Shown here piece after piece: positions 44,936 through 55,654 of a stretch of 64,000 nucleotides of DNA (its first letter is position 1; each line of letters begins with the position of its first letter). Below the pieces are notes generated by a model, which was not told the origin of the DNA, ran no database searches, and saw only the letters and a list, made by a program, of their open reading frames with translations. Source of the stretch: an uncultured Prevotellaceae bacterium (lineage in GTDB: Bacteria > Bacteroidota > Bacteroidia > Bacteroidales > Bacteroidaceae); NCBI GenBank assembly GCA_947165505.1, contig CAMVAT010000017.1:7253-71252 (forward strand). The letters are read 5' to 3'. A program made the translations under genes and the position numbers.

Positions 44936-47900
44936 ATGAAACAACTGAAGCGATTTCTTCTGAGCTTCGCGCTCATCTTTGCAAGTACTATTATGTACGC
45001 GCAAACGGAAATCACTGGAACTGTCGTCGATGAAACCGGAGAAGGGGTCATCGGCGCCACCGTGATTGAGAAAGGTACCTCGAACGGTACCGCCACCGAC
45101 CTGGACGGCAACTTCAAACTGAAAGTAGCCAACGGTGCCACTCTGGTCATCACCTACATCGGATATGATGCCGTAGAGGCCGTGGCCACACCAGGCATGA
45201 CCATCTCGCTGAAAGAGAACGCCGCCGAACTGGCTGAGGTGGTGGTCACCGGTTATCAGGTACAACGCAAGGCCGACCTGACGGGTTCGGTAGGCGTGAT
45301 TGAGACCAAGGACTTCAAAACCAGCAACACCGACCCCATGGCATCGCTACAAGGTAAGGTGCCGGGCATGACCATCACCTCAAACGGCTCTCCCTCGGGC
45401 GAAGCCAACGTGCAGATACGTGGTATCGGCTCTATGGGCGGCTCAAGCACCGCTCCCCTCTACATCGTTGACGGAATGCCCTACAGCGGATCGCTCAACA
45501 GCCTGAATGCCTCAGACATCGAGACAATGCAGGTGCTCAAGGATGCCGCATCGGCCAGTATCTACGGTTCACGCGCTGCCAACGGTGTCGTGGTCATCAC
45601 CACCAAGAAGGGTAAGAAAGGCGACAAGATCAACATCGACTTCAACGCCTCGCTGTCGGTGGCGTGGATGTCGCAGAAGATGAAACTGCTGAACAGCCAG
45701 CAGTATGCTACCGCCCTGGTGCAGGCTGCGCTGAACGACGGCAAGAACCCCGCCGACTACGCCCAGAACTATGGCCTGGCACTCAACGTAGAAAACGGCA
45801 CGCCTATCTCCGTTTACAACCCTGCCACCGGCACTATGGAGTCTTACTCTGTGGGGGGATTCTATGACGGATATATGAATGCCAAGATGACGATGCCCTA
45901 TAGCGACACCGACTGGGTGGACGAAATAGGACGTACGGGCATCACACAGAACTATGACCTCTCGCTCTCGAAGGCTACCGACAAGAGCTCTTCACTCTTC
46001 TCTGCCGGCTACAAGAAGGCGCAGGGTGTGCTGAAACATACCGACTTTGAGAATTTCTCGGCTCGTTTCAACAGTGTTTACAAAATCAACAGCATCGTCA
46101 CCGTAGGCGAGAATGCCACATTCGCTTATTCTAACAATGTGGACTGTGCACCCCTGGAGAACGCATTGAAGATGTCGCCCACACTGCCTGTCTATGAGAT
46201 AGACGGCGAGACATTCTCAGGCCCCGTGGGTGGCATGAGCGACCGCCAGAATCCTATGCGAGAGCTCTATCACAACAAAGACAACCGCCTGAAGAAGTGG
46301 CGCATCTTTGCCAACGCCTTTGTCGATATCACTCCCATCAAGGGCATGCTCTTCCGTTCCAACTTCGGTATCGACTATACCAACAGCTATATCCGCAGCC
46401 TGCAGCACACATGGAATTCTGATGTCGTGAAGAATAGCACCAACGCCAGCACCATGGCGCAAACACACAGCACCAAGTGGACGTGGTCGAACACCTTGCA
46501 GTATAATTTCGACATCGTAGAGAATCACAATCTCAACGTGCTCGTTGGTATCGAGGCCCATCAAGACAATGGCATCGACTTCTCAGGACGCCGCACCGAC
46601 TATCCGCTGGAGACCTACGACTATATGTGGCCCAACGCCGGCACTGGCATCCAGACCGTCACCGGCGCAGGCGACGCTTACAAACTGATGTCGTACTTCG
46701 GCAAGATCGACTACAACTGGAACGACCAACTGCTGGCCTCGTTCACGCTGCGTTACGACGGCTCCAGCCGCTTCGGTAAGAACAACCAGTACGGTACATT
46801 CCCCTCAGCATCGCTGGGTTATCGCCTCTCAAAACATATCAATGCCGACTGGCTGCACGACTGGAAAGTCCGTGCGAGCTACGGTATCACCGGTAACCAA
46901 GGCATGAACTCTAACACGGCACACTACGGACTCTACGTGGCCGACTACGGCTCAAGCCGTGAGAACTCTACCGCCTACGACGTCAACCTGCAAGGGTCGG
47001 GTACGCTGCCCTCAGGCTACTACAAACTGCAGTCGGCCAACGAGGACCTCAAGTGGGAGTCGTCGTCACAGCTCAACTTCGGTACCGACTTCTCGCTCTT
47101 CAGAGGCGACCTCTACGGTTCTTACGACGTGTTCTTCAAAGAAACAAAAGACATGCTTGTACAGCCTGCATTCCTCGGTGCCATCGGATTTGGCGGTCAG
47201 ACGTGGATCAACGGTCCCACGCTCAAAAACTGGGGTATGGAACTCATGCTGGGCTATCGCCACAACACATCCTATGGCCTGTATTACAACATCACGGCCA
47301 ATGCCGACTTCTATCGCTCTAAGGTGACCTATCTGCCTGAGAAGTCGAAAAACTCGTACGAGCACAACGACTACCACAACCTGGCACAAGACGAGCGCGC
47401 CTACGGTTCGCGCATCGGCTATGTGGTCGAGGGACTCTATCAGTCGCGCGAGGATGTGCTTGCACACGGACAGGCCGGTGCCCGCGTCGGCGGACTGAAA
47501 TATGCCGACCTCAACGGCGACGGACGCATCAACGAGCAAGACCGCACATGGGTCTTCAATCCCGTGCCCGACTTCTCTTACGGTATCAATATCAATCTGT
47601 CGTACCGCGATTTCGACTTCACCATGTTCTGGCAGGGTGTGGCTGGCGTTGACATCATCAACGACCAGAAATTCCAGACCGACTTCTGGAGCATCACCGA
47701 CGCCGGCTCAAACAAGGGCGAACGCGTGGTTGAAGCATGGACACCGGCCAACAGCGGCTCCTCCATCCCGGCACTGACCACATCCAACAGCGCCGACGAG
47801 GGACGTATGTCGTCATACTTCGTAGAGAACGGCTCTTATGTCAAGATGCGTACACTGCAGCTGGGCTACACCCTGCCCGCAGCACTGACCAAGAAACTGC

Positions 47901-48046
47901 TGCTGCAGAAAGCACGCATATTCTGCTCTGGCGACAATCTGCTGACCATCAAGTCGGGCTCGCTCACTTGCTCAGACCCCGAAAACACGGCATGGAACTA
48001 TCCCCACACTGCATCATTCACCTTCGGCGTACAGCTGGGATTCTAG
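44936..48046 (+). CDS. SusC/RagA-family TonB-dependent transporter (fructan PUL)
   Basis: Signal peptide ...IMYA-QT, CarboxypepD_reg domain (ITGTVVDETGEGVIGATVIEKGTSNGTATDLDGNF), plug (VVVTGYQVQRKADLTGSV) and the terminal ...SFTFGVQLGF. Confidence 0.9.
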   Translation: MKQLKRFLLSFALIFASTIMYAQTEITGTVVDETGEGVIGATVIEKGTSNGTATDLDGNFKLKVANGATLVITYIGYDAVEAVATPGMTISLKENAAELAEVVVTGYQVQRKADLTGSVGVIETKDFKTSNTDPMASLQGKVPGMTITSNGSPSGEANVQIRGIGSMGGSSTAPLYIVDGMPYSGSLNSLNASDIETMQVLKDAASASIYGSRAANGVVVITTKKGKKGDKINIDFNASLSVAWMSQKMKLLNSQQYATALVQAALNDGKNPADYAQNYGLALNVENGTPISVYNPATGTMESYSVGGFYDGYMNAKMTMPYSDTDWVDEIGRTGITQNYDLSLSKATDKSSSLFSAGYKKAQGVLKHTDFENFSARFNSVYKINSIVTVGENATFAYSNNVDCAPLENALKMSPTLPVYEIDGETFSGPVGGMSDRQNPMRELYHNKDNRLKKWRIFANAFVDITPIKGMLFRSNFGIDYTNSYIRSLQHTWNSDVVKNSTNASTMAQTHSTKWTWSNTLQYNFDIVENHNLNVLVGIEAHQDNGIDFSGRRTDYPLETYDYMWPNAGTGIQTVTGAGDAYKLMSYFGKIDYNWNDQLLASFTLRYDGSSRFGKNNQYGTFPSASLGYRLSKHINADWLHDWKVRASYGITGNQGMNSNTAHYGLYVADYGSSRENSTAYDVNLQGSGTLPSGYYKLQSANEDLKWESSSQLNFGTDFSLFRGDLYGSYDVFFKETKDMLVQPAFLGAIGFGGQTWINGPTLKNWGMELMLGYRHNTSYGLYYNITANADFYRSKVTYLPEKSKNSYEHNDYHNLAQDERAYGSRIGYVVEGLYQSREDVLAHGQAGARVGGLKYADLNGDGRINEQDRTWVFNPVPDFSYGININLSYRDFDFTMFWQGVAGVDIINDQKFQTDFWSITDAGSNKGERVVEAWTPANSGSSIPALTTSNSADEGRMSSYFVENGSYVKMRTLQLGYTLPAALTKKLLLQKARIFCSGDNLLTIKSGSLTCSDPENTAWNYPHTASFTFGVQLGF

Positions 48047-48103
48047 TAAGGTATAGTGACAAGAGAAAAATTTGCAACCGCTAAATATAAAAAAGTAAGA
48101 ACA

Positions 48104-49819
48104 ATGAAAAAGATCAATATATTCATAGCTACGCTACTGCTATCTGCTTTTGCTGTATCTTGCAGCGTTGACGACGTGAAGCCGCAGGGTACGCTCGACG
48201 AAGAGACGGCGTTCTCAAGCCCTGAGAAACTGGTCACCGCAGCCTATGCCAAACTGGGCGACGACTGGTATTCCTACCCCTTCAACCTCTGGCCTTACGG
48301 CGACATGAGTGCCGACGACTGCCTCAAAGGCGGTTCGGGCGAGAACGACACGGGCTATCACCCCATGGAGATCTTCTCTACGTTGCAGCCCGACCGCGGT
48401 GAGTTCGACGAACTGTGGTATCAGCTCTACAGTGCCATCTCACGCTGCAACCGCGCCCTGGAATCGATGCAAAACGTGGAGGAGACAGCAAAGATTAAAC
48501 AACTGAAAGCCGAGACCCTCTTCCTGCGCGCACACTTCTATTACAAACTGCAGCAGATGTGGTATGAGGTGCCTTTTATCACCGAGGGCATGGACAACGC
48601 GGCCATCGAGGCCTGTCCGCAAAGCTCGCACGACGAGATCATGCAGCAGATCATCAACGACTTCCAGTATGCCTACGACAATCTGCCCGAGATGGGTCCC
48701 GGCACCACGGGCCGCGCTCACAAGGTGGCCGCTGCCGCCTATCTGGCCAAGTGCTACCTGAACTGGGCCTACGGCGACGGCTATGAGGCTACAACGGGCT
48801 ACAGCCATGTGGACCAAGCGAAGATACAGAAAGTGATCGACTACACCGAAGTGGTGAAAAACTCACCCTACGGATACCTTGACACCTATGGACACATCTT
48901 CCTGCAAGAATTTGCCAACTCTAAAGAGAGCATCTTTGCCGTGCAGCACTCCAACAAGGCCGACGACGGTACGATGTATGGACGGGCCAACTGGTCGAAC
49001 ATGCTCAATGGCGTCTGGGGCATCTGGTCGTGCGGATGGGACTTTCACAAACCATCGCAGAACCTGGTCAACGCGTTCAAGACACGCAACGGACTGCCTA
49101 TGGACGACTTCGATGCCGACCACAATGCCATCGTGGTCAACGGTGCCGACTCTAAATACAAGTACGACCCGCGACTCTTCCACACCGTCGGCATGCCTAC
49201 CTATCCTTATAAGTATGAGGCAGACTTTACGCTGACCAAGGCCAACAGCCGCACACCCAACACCTACGGCTACTACTGCTCGATGAAAGAGGTGCCGCAG
49301 CGCTCGAAGGGCGAGGATTACGACAACCCCTGGCAGGCATTCGGACAGAACGACTACGTGCTGCGCTATACCGACGTCATGCTGATGCGTGCCGAGGCGC
49401 TCATCGAAAAGGGCGACTTCAACGGCGAGGCATTGCAAATCATCAATGAAATACGCGAGCGCGCCAAACGCGATATCAGCAGCACGTCGCTCATCAAGTA
49501 CGCTAAAGACCAGTGCGACATCGCATTGTATGGCTCCTTCGCCTCTAAAGACGATGCACGCAAGGCACTGCGCTGGGAGCGCCGCCTGGAACTGGCCATG
49601 GAGGGACACCGCTTCTTCGACCTTCGCCGCTGGGGCTTGCTCTCTACCACACTCAACAAGTATTTCGAGAGTGAGATGACCGACGAATACGACGGACAGA
49701 CCTACGCCCTGTATTACAAGGATGCCTTCTTCACCGCTGGTAAGAACGAGTACTTCCCTATCGCATCCAACCAGATGAACTACGTGCAAGGACTCTACCA
49801 CCAGAACAAGGGTTACTAA
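48104..49819 (+). CDS. SusD/RagB-family lipoprotein (fructan PUL)
   Basis: MKKINIFIATLLLSAFAVSC lipobox and a SusD-like TPR core. The track start at 48056 is a GTG upstream of the lipoprotein signal. Confidence 0.9.
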   Translation: MKKINIFIATLLLSAFAVSCSVDDVKPQGTLDEETAFSSPEKLVTAAYAKLGDDWYSYPFNLWPYGDMSADDCLKGGSGENDTGYHPMEIFSTLQPDRGEFDELWYQLYSAISRCNRALESMQNVEETAKIKQLKAETLFLRAHFYYKLQQMWYEVPFITEGMDNAAIEACPQSSHDEIMQQIINDFQYAYDNLPEMGPGTTGRAHKVAAAAYLAKCYLNWAYGDGYEATTGYSHVDQAKIQKVIDYTEVVKNSPYGYLDTYGHIFLQEFANSKESIFAVQHSNKADDGTMYGRANWSNMLNGVWGIWSCGWDFHKPSQNLVNAFKTRNGLPMDDFDADHNAIVVNGADSKYKYDPRLFHTVGMPTYPYKYEADFTLTKANSRTPNTYGYYCSMKEVPQRSKGEDYDNPWQAFGQNDYVLRYTDVMLMRAEALIEKGDFNGEALQIINEIRERAKRDISSTSLIKYAKDQCDIALYGSFASKDDARKALRWERRLELAMEGHRFFDLRRWGLLSTTLNKYFESEMTDEYDGQTYALYYKDAFFTAGKNEYFPIASNQMNYVQGLYHQNKGY

Positions 49820-49851
49820 ACAATTAAAATGATCATAAAAACTGTAATATT

Positions 49852-51408
49852 ATGAACAAAATATATCAATTATTCTTTGCAGGCTGGCTCTGCCTCAGCG
49901 GCACGGCAATCCTCTCCTCCTGCCAGGATCGCGACCTCCCCGGTTCAGCCGAAATGCAAATTGCCAGCCCCGACGCATCACAGATAACCGGTGCGCTCAG
50001 CGGAGAGAACAATTACGACTACACACTCACATGGCCCCAAAGCAGCAACGGTGCCATCATGCAGGTGGCCGTGTTTAAAAACGGCACACAGCAGCAGGCG
50101 CTCACACCCTGCGCCGGCAACTCCTTCACGCTGAAAAACCTGGAGACCAACCAACTCTACGAGTTCCTCTTCAAATATGCCAACGGCGAGACCCTCTCAA
50201 ACGGCGTGATGACATCGTTCACCCGACTGGGTGCCTCTACTCCAAGCGAGGTGAAGATGGAGCAAGTGGATATCTCTGACGAACAGCACAACCTGCTCAT
50301 TACCTGGGCGAAAAGTGCTGATGCCACATCATATATCTTGAAGGTGGTGAAAAACAGCACCGACGTGGTGGTCAACACCACGGTCAGCGACAACTCTTAC
50401 CTGCTGGAGGGTGTGCAGATGAAAGACCGCTTCGAGGCGACCGTCATCGCACAGAACAACGACGGCCGTGCGCTGCCCGTTGAGGCTTCTGCCAAGATCG
50501 GCGGCAAGATGCCCGGCTTCCTGTCTGAATATGCCACACCCGAGGAACTGATTGCCAACGGCGACGACGACGAGGCTTCGGCATGGCTGTGGTTCCACGA
50601 AAACTACCCCAAAGGCGAGTATATCTACTTTGGCAATATCAATACCGTAGAGGATATCGCCGACTACCGCATGCTCTTCTGGCTGCGCGACATCGAGACG
50701 GGTAATGTCGATGACATCTGGAACTTCTCAGACGTGGCACGCAATGCCGCTCCTTGCGTGGAGCAGTATGTCAAGAACGGCGGCAACCTGCTGCTGTGGT
50801 CGCATGCCGTGCCTTACATCGGCACCATCAACCGCCTGTCAACCTCGCTGCTGCGCGGCGTGAGCAATGCCTTCGGATGCGGCGCGGGCGGCTACAACCC
50901 CGACGTTTGGAAGATGGGCGTATGTATCAACACGGGCGCTTTCTCCAAGGACTTCAGCGGCCATCCCATCTATGCAGGCATCCCCACCGAGAAGCTGAAC
51001 GACAACTGCTTCGCCGCCATTGCCTTCAAGGGTAAAGGCTGGACCGAAGACCATAACTGCCTCTTCTTCGACATCCCGGCCAAATTGACCGACATGGACA
51101 ATACCTCAGAGGAATGCTACAACACTCTGACCAACGACTATGGCATCTATCCGCTCGGAACGTGGGACAGCCAGGCGTCATGGGTCAGCCAGCTCAACGT
51201 CTGGGAGGCTAAAGGTGCCAATTTGGCGCCCGAGGGATTCCAGAAAGGCGCAGGCACGGTGCTCTGTATCGGCAACGGCGGATGCGAGTTCTCGATGAAG
51301 AACGATGACGGCACACCCGACAAGAGTGCACATCCCAAGAACAACTCTTGCCAAGACAATATCCTGCGACTGGCCAAGAACAGCATCGAATATCTGATGT
51401 CGATCTAA
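49852..51408 (+). CDS. PUL-encoded surface lipoprotein, probable fructan-binding SGBP (possibly DUF4960-like)
   Basis: Lipobox ILSSC. N-terminal Fn3/Ig-like repeats (TLTWPQSS..., LLITWAKSADATSY). It occupies the same position as the SGBP of Bacteroides fructan PULs. The family assignment is from memory only. Confidence 0.55.
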   Translation: MNKIYQLFFAGWLCLSGTAILSSCQDRDLPGSAEMQIASPDASQITGALSGENNYDYTLTWPQSSNGAIMQVAVFKNGTQQQALTPCAGNSFTLKNLETNQLYEFLFKYANGETLSNGVMTSFTRLGASTPSEVKMEQVDISDEQHNLLITWAKSADATSYILKVVKNSTDVVVNTTVSDNSYLLEGVQMKDRFEATVIAQNNDGRALPVEASAKIGGKMPGFLSEYATPEELIANGDDDEASAWLWFHENYPKGEYIYFGNINTVEDIADYRMLFWLRDIETGNVDDIWNFSDVARNAAPCVEQYVKNGGNLLLWSHAVPYIGTINRLSTSLLRGVSNAFGCGAGGYNPDVWKMGVCINTGAFSKDFSGHPIYAGIPTEKLNDNCFAAIAFKGKGWTEDHNCLFFDIPAKLTDMDNTSEECYNTLTNDYGIYPLGTWDSQASWVSQLNVWEAKGANLAPEGFQKGAGTVLCIGNGGCEFSMKNDDGTPDKSAHPKNNSCQDNILRLAKNSIEYLMSI

Positions 51409-51621
51409 TATTTCTCAAGTAGTTAAGTAGTCAGTAGTTAAGCAGTTAAGCCGATACTCTGACGATGAGATTCCAGGTAAGGGGGTTGTTTTCAGGATAA
51501 CATTTTGATAAAATATTGTTGCGATGAACGATTATTGGCGGTTAATGTATCATAAATGACACTGAATACCGAAGAATATTCGTTACTTTGCAAACAGCAA
51601 TAACCAAATGAAACACCGACA

Positions 51622-53304
51622 ATGAGAAAGACAATCATGCTTTTGACCCTCGTGCTGATGGCTGTGACCACCAAGGCGCAGACTCCGCAGATCCTGGGCG
51701 ACAACCATGCGATGCTGCCACTCAAGGTCAGCGGCAAGTATCTGCTGCTGCCCGTGCAGGAGAAAGAGGAGATAGCCAACGTGCGCGTGGTAGTGAACAA
51801 TGAGCAACGCCAGGCGCTCAACGTGAAACTGGCTGTTGACAAAGTCGATTACTTCGTGCCGCTCGACATCCGACGCTTCGGCTCCGACCACGTGCTGCTC
51901 GACATCACCCTGCATGGCGACCGACGCGCCACCGGACCGGTGAAGGACTTCGCCTGCTGGAAGGAGATGCGACAGAGCGACACCTTCGACACCGCCAACC
52001 GCGAGCGCTTCCGCCCCGTATATCACCACTCGCCGCAGTACGGGTGGATGAACGACCCCAACGGTATGTTCTATAAGGATGGTGTCTATCACCTCTACTA
52101 CCAGTGGAACCCCTACGGATCGCAGTGGGAAAACATGACATGGGGGCACTCTACATCGACCGACCTCATTCACTGGCAGGCTCAGCCCACTGCCATCGAG
52201 ATAGACGCCCTGGGCTCTATCTTCAGCGGTTCGTGCGTGGTGGATAAGAAAAACGACCGTGTGGTGGCATTCTACACCTCGGCAGGACAGCACCAGACGC
52301 AGTCGATGGCTGTGTCGCGCGACAACGGACGCACCTTCGAGAAATATGCCGCCAACCCCATCCTCACCTCCAACGAACCCGACTTCCGCGACCCGAAGGC
52401 ATTCTGGAACCCCGACATCCAGCGCTGGAACCTGATACTGGCCGTGGGACAGGAGATGCGTATCTACTCATCGACCGACCTGAAGGAATGGACCTACGAG
52501 AGCAGTTTCGGCAAGGGCTTCGGATGCCATGACGGCGTATGGGAATGCCCCGACCTGATCAAGATGCAGGTGCGCGGCACCAACCAACAGAAGTGGATGC
52601 TTATCTGCAACATCAACCCCGGTGGCCCCTTCGGCGGCTCGGCTACACAGTATTTCATCGGCGACTTCGACGGACACCGTTTCACCTGCCAGCAGACCGA
52701 CACACGGTGGATGGACTATGGCAAGGACCACTATGCCACCGTCACCTTCGACAATGCTCCCGACGGGCGCCATATCGCACTGGCATGGATGTCTAACTGG
52801 CAGTATGCCAACCAGGTGCCCACCAAGCAATACCGCTCGTCCAACAGCATACCACGCGACCTGGGGCTCTTCGCCTATAACGGCGACGTGTATTGCAGCG
52901 TGACACCCTCGAAAGAGATGCTGGCAGCTCGTGGCAAGAAGGTGAAGAACCCGACGGAGACCTGCGAGATCATCGTCGATGTGAAGGCCAACACCGAGAT
53001 TACACTCTCTAACGCCAAGGGCGAACAGGTGGTGATGCGCTACGACGCACAGCAACAGACCTTCGCCATGGACCGCACCAAGAGCGGCGACTGCTCGTTC
53101 AGCGAGGCTTTCCCCGTCACAACCACGGCTCCCACCTACGGCAACATCAAGCAACTGCGCCTGTTCATCGACCGCTGCTCGATCGAGGCCTTCGATGCCG
53201 ACGGCAAGATGGCGATGACCAACCTGGTGTTCCCCTCAGAGCCCTACAACAAAATCACGGTGAAGGGCGGCAAAGCCACCATCTACACGTTGAACGTTGA
53301 ATAG
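51622..53304 (+). CDS. glycoside hydrolase family 32 (exo-beta-fructosidase / levanase-inulinase type)
   Basis: YHHSPQYGWMNDPNGMFY (nucleophile Asp), FRDPKAFW (RDP) and VWECPDL (acid/base Glu). Signal peptide ...TTKA-QT. Confidence 0.9.
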   Translation: MRKTIMLLTLVLMAVTTKAQTPQILGDNHAMLPLKVSGKYLLLPVQEKEEIANVRVVVNNEQRQALNVKLAVDKVDYFVPLDIRRFGSDHVLLDITLHGDRRATGPVKDFACWKEMRQSDTFDTANRERFRPVYHHSPQYGWMNDPNGMFYKDGVYHLYYQWNPYGSQWENMTWGHSTSTDLIHWQAQPTAIEIDALGSIFSGSCVVDKKNDRVVAFYTSAGQHQTQSMAVSRDNGRTFEKYAANPILTSNEPDFRDPKAFWNPDIQRWNLILAVGQEMRIYSSTDLKEWTYESSFGKGFGCHDGVWECPDLIKMQVRGTNQQKWMLICNINPGGPFGGSATQYFIGDFDGHRFTCQQTDTRWMDYGKDHYATVTFDNAPDGRHIALAWMSNWQYANQVPTKQYRSSNSIPRDLGLFAYNGDVYCSVTPSKEMLAARGKKVKNPTETCEIIVDVKANTEITLSNAKGEQVVMRYDAQQQTFAMDRTKSGDCSFSEAFPVTTTAPTYGNIKQLRLFIDRCSIEAFDADGKMAMTNLVFPSEPYNKITVKGGKATIYTLNVE

Positions 53305-53527
53305 GGGCAGGGAGCAGGGGGCAGGAGATATGCTCCGAGCACCCCGCAATAAACCAGGAATAACCCCGGAAATTCCGGAGAAACCGGAATTCCGGAAAAT
53401 CCGCCGCCCCCCCGAAAGCCCCCTCAACCCTAAACCCTAAACCCTCAACCCTAAACCCTCAACCCTCAACCCTAAACCCTCAACCCTCAACCCTCAACCC
53501 TAAACCCTAAACCCTCAACCCTCAACC
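53304..53527 (+). repeat. composite repeat filling the GH32-MFS spacer, ending in 15 tandem CCCT(C/A)AA heptads
   Basis: G-tract starting at the G of the TAG stop codon, then ATGCTCCGAGCACCCCGCAATAAAC, CCGGAAATTCCGG and CCGGAATTCCGG palindromes, then the heptad array at 53421-53525. The ATG is at 53533. Confidence 0.95.
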
Positions 53528-53532
53528 AAAAA

Positions 53533-54696
53533 ATGGCACAACAACAGAATAAATCCATTTATCTGATACCGGTGATGCTCTGCTTCTTCTGCATGGGCTT
53601 CGTCGATCTGGTCGGCATCGCGTCTAACTACGTGAAAGAAGACCTGCAACTGAGCGACTCCGTCGCCAACATCTTCCCCTCGCTCGTGTTTTTCTGGTTC
53701 CTGATCTTCTCCGTGCCCACCGGCATGCTGATGAACAAGATAGGACGCAAGAAGACCGTGCTGCTCTCGCTCATCGTCACCATCGTGTCGCTGATCATTC
53801 CGCTCTTCGGCAACAACTTCGGCATCATGCTCGTGGCCTTCTCGCTCTTAGGCATCGGCAACGCACTGATGCAGACCAGCATCAACCCGCTGGCCATGCT
53901 CATCATCGGCGACAAAAACCTGGCCTCTACCCTCACCTTCGGACAGTTTGTCAAGGCCATCGCCTCGTTTCTCGCTCCCTATCTGGCCATGTGGGGTGCC
54001 ACACAGGTCATCCCCTCGTTCGGCTACGACTGGCGCGTGCTCTTCCTGGTCTATTTCGTGGTGGGCACACTGTCGGCTCTGCTGCTGTGGTTCACGCCCA
54101 TCCATGAAGAGATAGCCGGCGGCAAGACATCGTCGTTCATGGACTGTCTGCGACTGCTGGGCAAACCCATCGTGCTGCTCTCGTTCTTCGCCATCATGTG
54201 CCATGTGGGCATCGACGTGGGCACCAACACCACGGCTCCCAAACTGCTGCAAGAACGTCTGGGCATGTCGCTCAACGATGCCGCCTTCGCCACGTCGCTC
54301 TATTTTATCTTCCGTACCGTGGGCGCACTCACCGGGTCGTTCTTCCTGCGGGTGATGAAGACACGCTGGTTCTTCATCTTCAGCGTGCTGCTCATGGCTG
54401 TGAGCATGGTGCTGATGTTCGGCGGCGACTCCAAGGCTACGCTTTACACCGCTATCGCACTGGTGGGCTACGGCAATAGCAACATCTTCTCGATGGCCTT
54501 CTCCGAGGCGCTGCTCTCCGTGCCCGACAAGCAGAACGAGGTGTCGGGTCTGATGATCATGGGTCTCTTCGGAGGCACCATCTTCCCGCTCATCATGGGC
54601 TTCGCCAGCGATGCCATGGGGCAGGCCGGCGCCGTCATCACCATGGCCGTGGGTGTGGCTTATCTCTTCACCTATATACCGAGGATTAAAAGGTAA
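53533..54696 (+). CDS. MFS sugar transporter (FucP/GluP-like; probable fructose importer)
   Basis: About 12 predicted TM helices and an MFS signature region (MNKIGRKKT). It occupies the same position as the BT1758-type transporter in fructan PULs. Confidence 0.8.
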   Translation: MAQQQNKSIYLIPVMLCFFCMGFVDLVGIASNYVKEDLQLSDSVANIFPSLVFFWFLIFSVPTGMLMNKIGRKKTVLLSLIVTIVSLIIPLFGNNFGIMLVAFSLLGIGNALMQTSINPLAMLIIGDKNLASTLTFGQFVKAIASFLAPYLAMWGATQVIPSFGYDWRVLFLVYFVVGTLSALLLWFTPIHEEIAGGKTSSFMDCLRLLGKPIVLLSFFAIMCHVGIDVGTNTTAPKLLQERLGMSLNDAAFATSLYFIFRTVGALTGSFFLRVMKTRWFFIFSVLLMAVSMVLMFGGDSKATLYTAIALVGYGNSNIFSMAFSEALLSVPDKQNEVSGLMIMGLFGGTIFPLIMGFASDAMGQAGAVITMAVGVAYLFTYIPRIKR

Positions 54697-54711
54697 TTAA
54701 ACTTTCAAAAA

Positions 54712-54752
54712 AACATTCCCCTTCATCCCCCTCGGGGGATAAGAGGGGGGCT
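54712..54752 (+). repeat. solo copy of the CCCCCTCGGGGG-hairpin / GGGGGGCT element
   Basis: CCCTTCATCCCCCTCGGGGGATAAGAGGGGGGCTCCC has the same layout as the arms flanking the DUF559 gene. Confidence 0.85.
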
Positions 54753-54769
54753 CCCAAACTCCTAACAAT

Positions 54770-55654
54770 ATGCAACAGAAACGCTACGTAGTAGGGCTGG
54801 GCGAAGCCCTGTGGGACGTACTGCCCGAAGGCAAGAAACTGGGCGGCGCACCTGCCAATTTCGCTTACCATGCCGGACAGATGCTCGGCAGTGACAATAC
54901 CATCGCCATCAGCGCCCTGGGCGAAGACCGACTGGCCGAGGAGACCATCGAGGCCCTGAAAGAGCACAATCTGCAATACCTGATGCCCCGCGTGCCCTAC
55001 CCCACCGGCACGGTGCAGGTGACACTGGCCGAGGGTGGCATACCTACTTACGATATCAAAGAGAATGTGGCGTGGGACAATATCCCCTTCACGCCCGAGA
55101 TTGAAGAGATAGCCCGTAACTGCCGCGCCGTGTGCTTCGGCTCGCTGGCTCAGCGCAATGTTGTTTCACGTGAAAACATTCACCGCTTCCTCGATGCCAC
55201 GCCGAACGACTGCATGAAGATTTTCGACATCAACCTGCGACAGCAGTTCTATACCAAAGAGGTGATCCAGGCTTCGCTGCGCCGCTGCAACGTGCTGAAG
55301 ATCAACGACGAGGAGTTGGTACTCATCGGTCGTATGTTCGGCTACCCAGGCCTCGATATCGAGAATAAATGCTGGCTGATATTGGGTAAATACAATCTTG
55401 ATATGCTGGTGCTCACATGTGGCACCAACGGCTCGTATGTGTTCACGCCGGGCCAGATGTCGTTCCAAGAGACACCGAAGGTGGAGGTGGCCGACACCGT
55501 GGGCGCGGGCGACTCGTTCACCGGTTCGTTCTGCGCTGCCATCCTCAGCGGCAAGCCCGTGGCCGAGGCACACGCCCTGGCTGTGAAGGTGAGCGCCTTC
55601 GTCTGCACGCAAAACGGCGCCATGCCCACTCTGCCCGAAGAGCTGAAGTGCTGA
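54770..55654 (+). CDS. PfkB-family carbohydrate kinase (fructokinase)
   Basis: VVGLGEALWDVLPEGKKLGGAPANFAYH and DTVGAGDSFTGSF (PfkB signature 2). Confidence 0.85.
   Translation: MQQKRYVVGLGEALWDVLPEGKKLGGAPANFAYHAGQMLGSDNTIAISALGEDRLAEETIEALKEHNLQYLMPRVPYPTGTVQVTLAEGGIPTYDIKENVAWDNIPFTPEIEEIARNCRAVCFGSLAQRNVVSRENIHRFLDATPNDCMKIFDINLRQQFYTKEVIQASLRRCNVLKINDEELVLIGRMFGYPGLDIENKCWLILGKYNLDMLVLTCGTNGSYVFTPGQMSFQETPKVEVADTVGAGDSFTGSFCAAILSGKPVAEAHALAVKVSAFVCTQNGAMPTLPEELKC

Noticed and set aside
53421-53527. A heptad array as a CRISPR array, or as eukaryotic (plant-type TTTAGGG/CCCTAAA telomere) contamination.
   Set aside because: The units are 7 nt and directly tandem with no spacers, so this is not CRISPR. 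The CCCTAAA units are interleaved with CCCTCAA and embedded between two bacterial PUL genes on one contig, so the telomere resemblance is coincidental.
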